From Chrysomallon squamiferum (taxonomy: Eukaryota > Animalia > Mollusca), in the NCBI GenBank assembly GCA_012295275.1, contig CM022670.1, positions 20,026,001 through 20,090,000 of the forward strand: a stretch of 64,000 bases of DNA, read 5' to 3'. Positions 56,334 to 64,000 of this stretch are shown here, one piece after another. Both the position numbers and the translations under genes were made by a program. The notes beneath the pieces are model-generated. The model was not told the DNA's origin, did not search any database, and saw only the letters and a program-made list of their open reading frames with translations. The stretch's first letter is position 1. The number at the start of each line of letters is the position of its first letter.

Positions 56334-57412
56334 GTACCTTGGTTGGGAATTTGTACTTTCTGTTAAAACCTGCACATTATTTCATTATCTTCAACTGTAG
56401 ATTCATTTTATTTATATGCACCAATACCTGAGCAGTGTTACACAAATATAATCAGTAGACATATCATAATACATCTAAAATTACTTACACATAATCTGAA
56501 ATATATCTAAAGTTACTCACTTATTATTAGAAATATTTCTAAAATTACTCACTTGTGATCTGAAAGTTTCAAAATAATGCTGAAAATAGTTTAATACTAA
56601 CCATTATAATGACACTTCTTAACAATAAAAGAATAATTATGATTAATATGTTACATTAGAACGTGTGATATGTGGGATATTAAATCAGTTCTTACCACTG
56701 GACCATTTGGATTATTTTCCATTCTGTCTGCCATAATAGTTCTTGACAGAGGATGTATAGCATATGTTTTCTGAAAAATCAATGGTTATATGATAATCTA
56801 ATAGAATTTTGGCTTAGCTGGTGTTTAAAAAGTATTTAATATGGGTCCCAAAACACATCCAATATAATTATAGTTCAACACATCCATTATATTGAAATTA
56901 CAAATTCTTACAAATAAATTTGTAAATCTTGACTATGAAATCACAGAGTTCTTAAATGTTGGTTACAAGTCATGAAATATCTAAAATTCTTTTTTTTTTT
57001 ACAGACAGTTTAAATATTTTGGACCAGTAAAACAAGAAGTCATTAAAAGTCAGGTTCCCATTCATCTAATGTTATAACATTTTTACAGACTCTTTCAAAA
57101 AATTCATTGTAATTTAAAAAAAAATAACAACACATTTGTTTGTGTGTGTGTGTGTGTGTGTGTAAAATTTGTTTATTTGTATAATCAAGCCCATCTGAAA
57201 ACAAAATAGTTGGTAGGGAGATAAAGTGTACACTAACTTGCTAACTCATAGTATTTATATTAACATTAGTTGGCATCCTAACACATGCAGTGGTCACTCA
57301 AGTAATAAATCCTATATTATAGGTTTTTAGACTTACAGTTATAGCACAAACATTCTAATACAGTGTATCATCCACATCATATTTGTGTATAATAACTATT
57401 ATTCAGCAGTTT

Positions 57413-57470
<58 letters not shown>

Positions 57471-59619
57471 ATATAATAAGTTTTAAGTGTGAATAGGTTT
57501 GACTTTTTAAATGAAAATGGAAACCCACTAAATAATGAAAAGGCACAGAATGACAAGACTTTTTCTTTATTATTATTATAATTTAAGTATCAAAGAAAAG
57601 ATATACAGAATGTATCTGTCTCAACAAAATATTTTATTTTATGGCTATTTTGTAGAATTTATAGTAATTTAGATTTTAAAAGTTATTTGGAAACATGGAT
57701 TGATTATTGAAATGTTGATTGTAAAATTAACATGCAACAGTGGACCATCAACCTGATGTGTTTGTTTTATTTTTATTTTTTTAAAGAAATTTTTATAAGA
57801 ATTATTAAAATGTTGTTTTATTTCTAATCAATTCAAGACTAAAGTACCAAATTAGTTTGATATAAAATAGGTAAAATAACATAAAACAGTTATGATTTGA
57901 ATCAACAAAATAAATATAATTTAGCAGATGCAAGGGTCAGATGTAATATGAATATCTCTCTATATTAAAATAGATATAATTTAATAGATACAAAGGGTAG
58001 TTATTGTATAAATATATCTATTAAATTAGATATAATTTAATAGATATAAATAATAATGTAAATACCCCTCTCTCTCTTACACATACTTTTTTTCTTTCTA
58101 GCTGTTTTCAGCTAAAATCATCTACATCATCAAAGTTAGATCATTATGACTACTTTGTTGTAATCTTGTAAAACATAATTATATCAGGATTTTGTTTAAC
58201 AAATAGTTTCAAGAACATTTTTGAAATTCTGAACTCATTATCATTCAGTTCATTATATAATCATTAATAATCAAAATAAATTTCATAATTAGGTCACAGT
58301 GATCCACTTCTTTGCTTATATTTCAAAATATCTTTTTATATAGTAATTAAGTTCAGTAAATATAGATTATTTTTATTTATTTTCCATTTATCTGATTATT
58401 AGTATACTTACAAATTTACACTAATTTAATTACTGTAATAATTCTCTTGACATTTATTAAATTTAGTTTCTTCAGATTTTCTTTAACAATTCATAGCTTT
58501 TAATACATATTTACAGTCCACATTTTCTAAATTCAACCCTTTTTTCTAAATATGTTTTAAGTTCATACATTTTTTGTTTTCAGTTTTATTATTTTTTTAA
58601 GGATTATTTCATATTTAAATATTACTGACATATATTTATTCACTGACACATAAAAACATACACAAATGTGATAATGCCACTTCACATTTACATACTCATA
58701 GTTCACCTATTATACATCCATATCTGCAATCATGTGTGTTATATATGGTATGCATAAATGTGTTATTTTAATATTTTTGTGCAATAATTTGTATATATGT
58801 ATGGTTTACATGTACTTTCACACAATATCAGCTTAATGTAGTCACATACATATGTAACCCATCAAATCAAAGTAGATCTTAAGTCACATGAGCTTTAGTC
58901 AGTAACAGTGGAGTGATTCAAAATGTTTTTGATTTTAATATTATATTAAGAAATAGTTTGTATATACCTATCACTTTGATCCGGCCATGAAACTGATAGA
59001 TATCAATCGTAAAGTGTGTTTTAGAGCACTTCATAAACACTTGTTATCTCCTGCTGCAAGAAACCCTCCAGTTTTTCTGTCCATTTCTGGCTTTATCTCT
59101 GGAACTAAACATAACACAGAATGAATCAAAATGAAGCTTGATGATTCAGGAATCTAAAAATGTCCATGACTCCAGTCAGCATACTGTGACTTAAGACTTG
59201 GTTTGATATGACGGGTCACATATACTTGTGCACCTGCATACACAACAACTCTACAGTAAAAGTCACAATGAAATCAAGCCATTGTATCATTTTTTTGTCT
59301 TATTATTCTTATATACATATGACATCACAGTAATTAATCATAATTCATCAGTTTTGTTAAATAAATTATGTCACTGATAAATAATCATGAAGTTTCATGG
59401 AGTACATTTTCCATCATCAACTATTTTTGTTTTCAGATAAATGTTGATATTATCTTAAAATTTTTTTTTTTTTTTTTTTTTATATACATATATTTATTTT
59501 ATTTTATTTTATTTTTTTCAAAACAAACATAAAGTTGTCATTTTATTTTAACATAAATTATTTAATTACCTTTAAGAATTTAATAATAACCTGATTTTGG
59601 TTTCATATTTATTTTTTGA

Positions 59620-59659
<40 letters not shown>

Positions 59660-59882
59660 CAGTTTGGAATATCTATAAAATGTTTTTTTTTTTTTGTGTA
59701 TGCATCTTGTTTATACAAAAACACATAATTCACATTTAATTATTTTAAACAATCAAAACAAAACAAAGAGAAACAAATTTATAATACAAATTTTTTTCAA
59801 ATACCTTGTAATTATTTCTCAAATTACATTATTTTTTTTCTTATTATTTTTAATTTTTATTATTTTTTTTTGAATCCTCCAG

Positions 59883-60071
59883 GAAGCGATGATGAAACAG
59901 GAATACGAGGCAGAGCATGATCCCTTTAAGACAGAGAGTGAGGAAGGTTTTGAAATTGAGAATGACGCAAAGAAATACAGTTCACGTATTCCAAATATTT
60001 GCACGCTCTTGACCAGGAAGATCTTCTAAACAATATTGATCAGAGTATTTTCAGTTCTGTCACAGATATAG
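59883..60071 (+). CDS. RGS22: RGS22-like exon with an apparent 1-nt frameshift near 59970
   Basis: ccag|GAA...G|gtcagt; EAMMKQEYEAEHDPF...NDAKK, then in a shifted frame IQFTYSKYLHALDQEDLL, resembling the RGS22 C-terminal YSKYIEALEQE. Confidence 0.8.
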
Positions 60072-60593
60072 GTCAGTGACTATAATAAACATTCAGGAAG
60101 AGAGGGGTGCTGTATTTCTGGGTATATGTAACTTTGAAGACGAAATGTGTTAAAATCCCCCAAAACTCCCATTTGTTGGCTAAAAAAACAGAAAAAGTGG
60201 ATGTAGTAATCATAAATGTTTACAATAGTGAAAATAATTAATACTGATAGGTTATACTCATGCAGTGTGATTAAACTGGTAATATATATTTTTAATTTTG
60301 ACAGCATAGTAGATGTTATGCATGTTATGTCCACGTCCTTATTTATTAATTAATACAGTATTATAGTTCTTCATTTTAAAATTTATATTTCTCTATTTTA
60401 ATTTTGCAAATTTTGAATAAATATGTTTTGGTAAATTTGATAAACACTGTATCAAAACATATATTATTATAATGAAATTTGTAATAATAAATACAAATAT
60501 AAATCTGGGAAAACTCTGAATTCTGGTATAATAGTAGTATACAAAATTACTAAATATATATATATATATATATATATTTTTTTTACTACCTAG

Positions 60594-60696
60594 AATCAGC
60601 AAAAGAGTCTCTGAAAAATGAATTACAAGAAAGAAAAATGAGCATTCCAGCAAAAAAAGCAGCTCACTCTGACTTAACATTTTTACCACAGTTCAG
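60594..60696 (+). CDS. RGS22: RGS22-like C-terminal exon
   Basis: ctag|AA...AG|gtatgt; open in the phase supplied by the corrected upstream exon: ESAKESLKNELQERKMSIP. Confidence 0.7.
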
Positions 60697-60734
60697 GTAT
60701 GTCAGTGTTTTGAGTATATCATGTATGTCGGCCC

Positions 60735-60781
<47 letters not shown>

Positions 60782-61161
60782 GTGTGTGTGTGTGTGTGTG
60801 TCTAAGTGTTGGAAATGAATTAGATGACTGAAATATTAGTATTCCAGTGTTTGTCATTGTTTGTGTTTATGTGTGTGTACATGCATAATTATGTGTGTAC
60901 ATCAGTTTAATCTCTGTCTCTATGTATTTCTGTTATTTATTTCTGACAATCTATATTTCTTTTACGTGTTGCTTTTTACAAGTGCATATAAATGACTGAA
61001 TTCATACATGTGTTTCATCTTCTTCTTTTATATATCAAAACATAAATTGCACTTTGTTGTTTTGTACCTACACAGTACTGAAACCTGTCTTCTAAGTTTG
61101 ATAGTTTTGTTGTTGTTGTTCTGTAAATTTGATTCTCAGTATTGTTTTAATTTTCATACAG

Positions 61162-61250
61162 GAAAGAACCTGCCATACCAGCATCAGGGAGGCACTCAAT
61201 ACCCGAAGTGCGGTTTAGAAAGAAAACACACGTTGCACACAAAACACAAG
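61162..61250 (+). CDS. RGS22: RGS22-like C-terminal exon
   Basis: acag|G...G|gtatga; KEPAIPASGRHSIPEVRFRKKTHVAHKTQ. Confidence 0.7.
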
Positions 61251-61504
61251 GTATGACAGTTTATGATTGTTTTTCTAAAAAATGCAATATACACACATAG
61301 TTGTACACATATAGGTTTAATCACATACATATATATATATATATATATTACATATATGTATACATATGAACTGTAGATTCCATGTAAATGTCCTTGGTTA
61401 CAGAGTAATTAAATCAGTGTCTCTGTTTTCTCAAAAAATAATAATTTCTGAAATGAAAATTTTATTTCATTCAATAGCAAAATGACAAAAAAAAAAAAAA
61501 AAAA

Positions 61505-61543
<39 letters not shown>

Positions 61544-61571
61544 AAATAAAAAAGTAAAATATGTATCTATA

Positions 61572-61612
<41 letters not shown>

Positions 61613-61949
61613 ACATATATATATATATATATAAATAACTATAAGTATTTTAATGTTAAAAAACCACAAATAAACCCACATTCATTGACCAAACTAATCT
61701 GAGTTGCTGTGTTATGTCTACTTAATTACTAAGAATTGTCTCATACTAATACTACAAGCACTAATGCTACTATCATTACTACCATTACCACTGTAACTAT
61801 TTCTACTACTACCACGATAACTACATATACAACTATTAAACCACCACCACAATTATTTTTTTATTTTTATTATTATTTATTATCATTATTACATTTATTA
61901 TTATTATTATTTTTAAAAACACTTAACTGTAATGACTTGACCCTTACAG

Positions 61950-61972
61950 ATGCTGATGGTCACCAGGTATAA
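61950..61972 (+). CDS. RGS22: Probable last coding exon (D)ADGHQV*
   Basis: cccttacag|AT GCT GAT GGT CAC CAG GTA TAA; could instead splice at CAG|gtataa to 62302 (VIKTERAQKIKRD*). Confidence 0.5.
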
Positions 61973-64000
61973 TTTTATTGACACTGTAGTCAGGTTATAA
62001 AACCAATTATTCATTAGTCTGTTTCACTTGTTTGAAGCTTCTCAGCACCATTGTGATTCTAGTATTAGTCAAAAACTATTTAGTGAATATAACAGATTAA
62101 TACAAAATACCAAAGTATTTACTAAATTCTTTAAAATAATAATTACAGTTACTGCTATCTGTTAGTATTAGAAAATTATAGTTATTTGGTGATTTTTTAA
62201 TTTTAATTTTTTACAAATTCTTTTTTAATTTATTTATATTAGGTTTATTATATTTTAGATTTTTTATTATTATTTTTTTCTTTTAATTTTTCCCTTCAAA
62301 GGTGATAAAAACTGAGAGAGCACAAAAGATAAAAAGAGATTAGGGAGAATGAAAGAGTAAATAGTTTATATTTGTGTATGTATTTTCTTTCTTTCACACA
62401 CATTGGAATCATGTTACACAGTCATACACCACACACATACATACACAGATACACTGATATATTCAAATAAATATTCTTGTTCCTACATACATACATGCAG
62501 GCACACACACAAACTTAGATATTTATACATACATACATACAAACATACATATACACATACATACATATATATGCCTAAATGCATACATATGCACATACAT
62601 TAACACACATACATAAATATCTATATACCTGTAGAGATGTTCATACATACATGCAAATTACATATATACAAACTTAAACACACCCAAATACACATGCTCC
62701 TATACACTCATACATACATGTTGTCAATTTTATCCTTCAGTTTACATCCTAAAAAATAAAAAATTAATACAAATTTTAAAACAAAACATTTTAAAAAACA
62801 CACAAATCCTAAAATATAAAAAAGAAAAAATAATATATAAAAATATGAATTCTCCCTTGTCAAAACCATCAGGTCTGTTTAACAAAGCTGAGAAAACAAC
62901 CCACCCTTACCTCAGGGAAAAATCTTTTCCTCTCTAACAATGCTTACCTACCCATTGTTTAAAACAGTAATTGTAACTTTTTTCTCTTTCACCAACTGTT
63001 AATGTATTGGACACAGTTTGTTGCATGTTGCTGGGAAAGGTTGGGGTAAATGTCACAGGTTTTTTGTGTAGACATTCACATTTAAAATGCAACTTTATCA
63101 TAATATGTGTAAGATCGTTCACGCTTTTTCCTCTGTTCACTTCAAGTGCATGTATTTCTGTCAAGTATTTCCTGATGCGATAGCCAGCTTCCCTTGTAAT
63201 GGCTTACAAATGAAGATCATGTGTTTTGCATTGTGTGTTCATTCATGACTTTTTGTACAAATTAAAGAAATAAGTTTTCGTTTCCGAAACAAGTTCATGT
63301 ATTAACATGTTGAATTTTTTTAAATATTACTGTTTATAATGTCAGAGTTTATTTCTTAGCTCCCACAGAGATATTGATTAAATTAAGTTGAATTAATTCC
63401 AAATAAAATTATAATAAATTTTGAATTCTGTCAAGATAAATTGTCTTCTAGGTCACAAAATAAAAATTATTTCAAAATAAATTGAATAAAGTTCAGTTAA
63501 ATTAAAGAGAATTAAGAGAGGCATATTAAACTGTAACAGTTTTATAGTTTTTATTATCTGAATTAATGATAATTAATTTTAGTGATAAATTTTATACTTA
63601 CCTTCTGCAGCAAATTGGTATTAAAATTTGTTTCAGTAAACAAATTAATTACTGTTACTGAATTTAATATAATTAATCACATAACCAATATAGTGACATT
63701 AAAAGTATTCATTAATTATGGTTTAATGGTGCAAATAAATATCAGTAGATGAAAATCAGCTAAACTAAAAGCTAATTAAACAATAGAAAAACATTATAAA
63801 TCAAAAAGTAGATCAATAAAGAAATAATAAATAAAGCAAAATATAAAAAATAAAATAAGTAAAAAAAGTAATATTATCATCTATTCCTTTTATTTCATTT
63901 TATAATTGTGTATTTTTTTAATTTTCAAATCATTTTCTTATCAAAATATTTCCATTTACAAAATAAAAAATAATAAAATCAGTTTATAAAATTTACTTAT

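Noticed and set aside
59938-59972. A 35-nt intron that would repair the frameshift
   Set aside because: It restores the frame arithmetically but is too short, purine-rich and lacks a pyrimidine tract

Overview
AT-rich, intron-rich eukaryotic DNA with many microsatellites. It is probably molluscan/gastropod, inferred from the SINE types and gene sequences. Three spliced genes were reconstructed by hand from GT-AG sites and reading-frame phase. (1) The last five exons of SCPx/SCP2 (+, 1249-3795), ending in the PTS1 tripeptide AKL. (2) A complete 4-exon FAM151/menorin-family gene (-, 11420-8292, ~540 aa) with an N-terminal transmembrane segment, in which both putative catalytic histidines appear replaced. 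(3) A long RGS22-like gene (+, promoter ~12.7 kb, coding exons 16830-61972, ~1,440 aa) with two candidate alternative 5' ends, RFX X-box-like motifs and an apparent 1-nt frameshift near 59970. Introns contain two Tigger-type non-autonomous transposons, tRNA-SINE remnants, LINE/Penelope scraps and tandem repeats. A chain of minus-strand splice signals over the RGS22 3' end may mark an unannotated antisense transcript. I see no prokaryote-type system (CRISPR, operon). The best leads are the putative FAM151 pseudoenzyme, the antisense unit and the RGS22 isoform and frameshift features.
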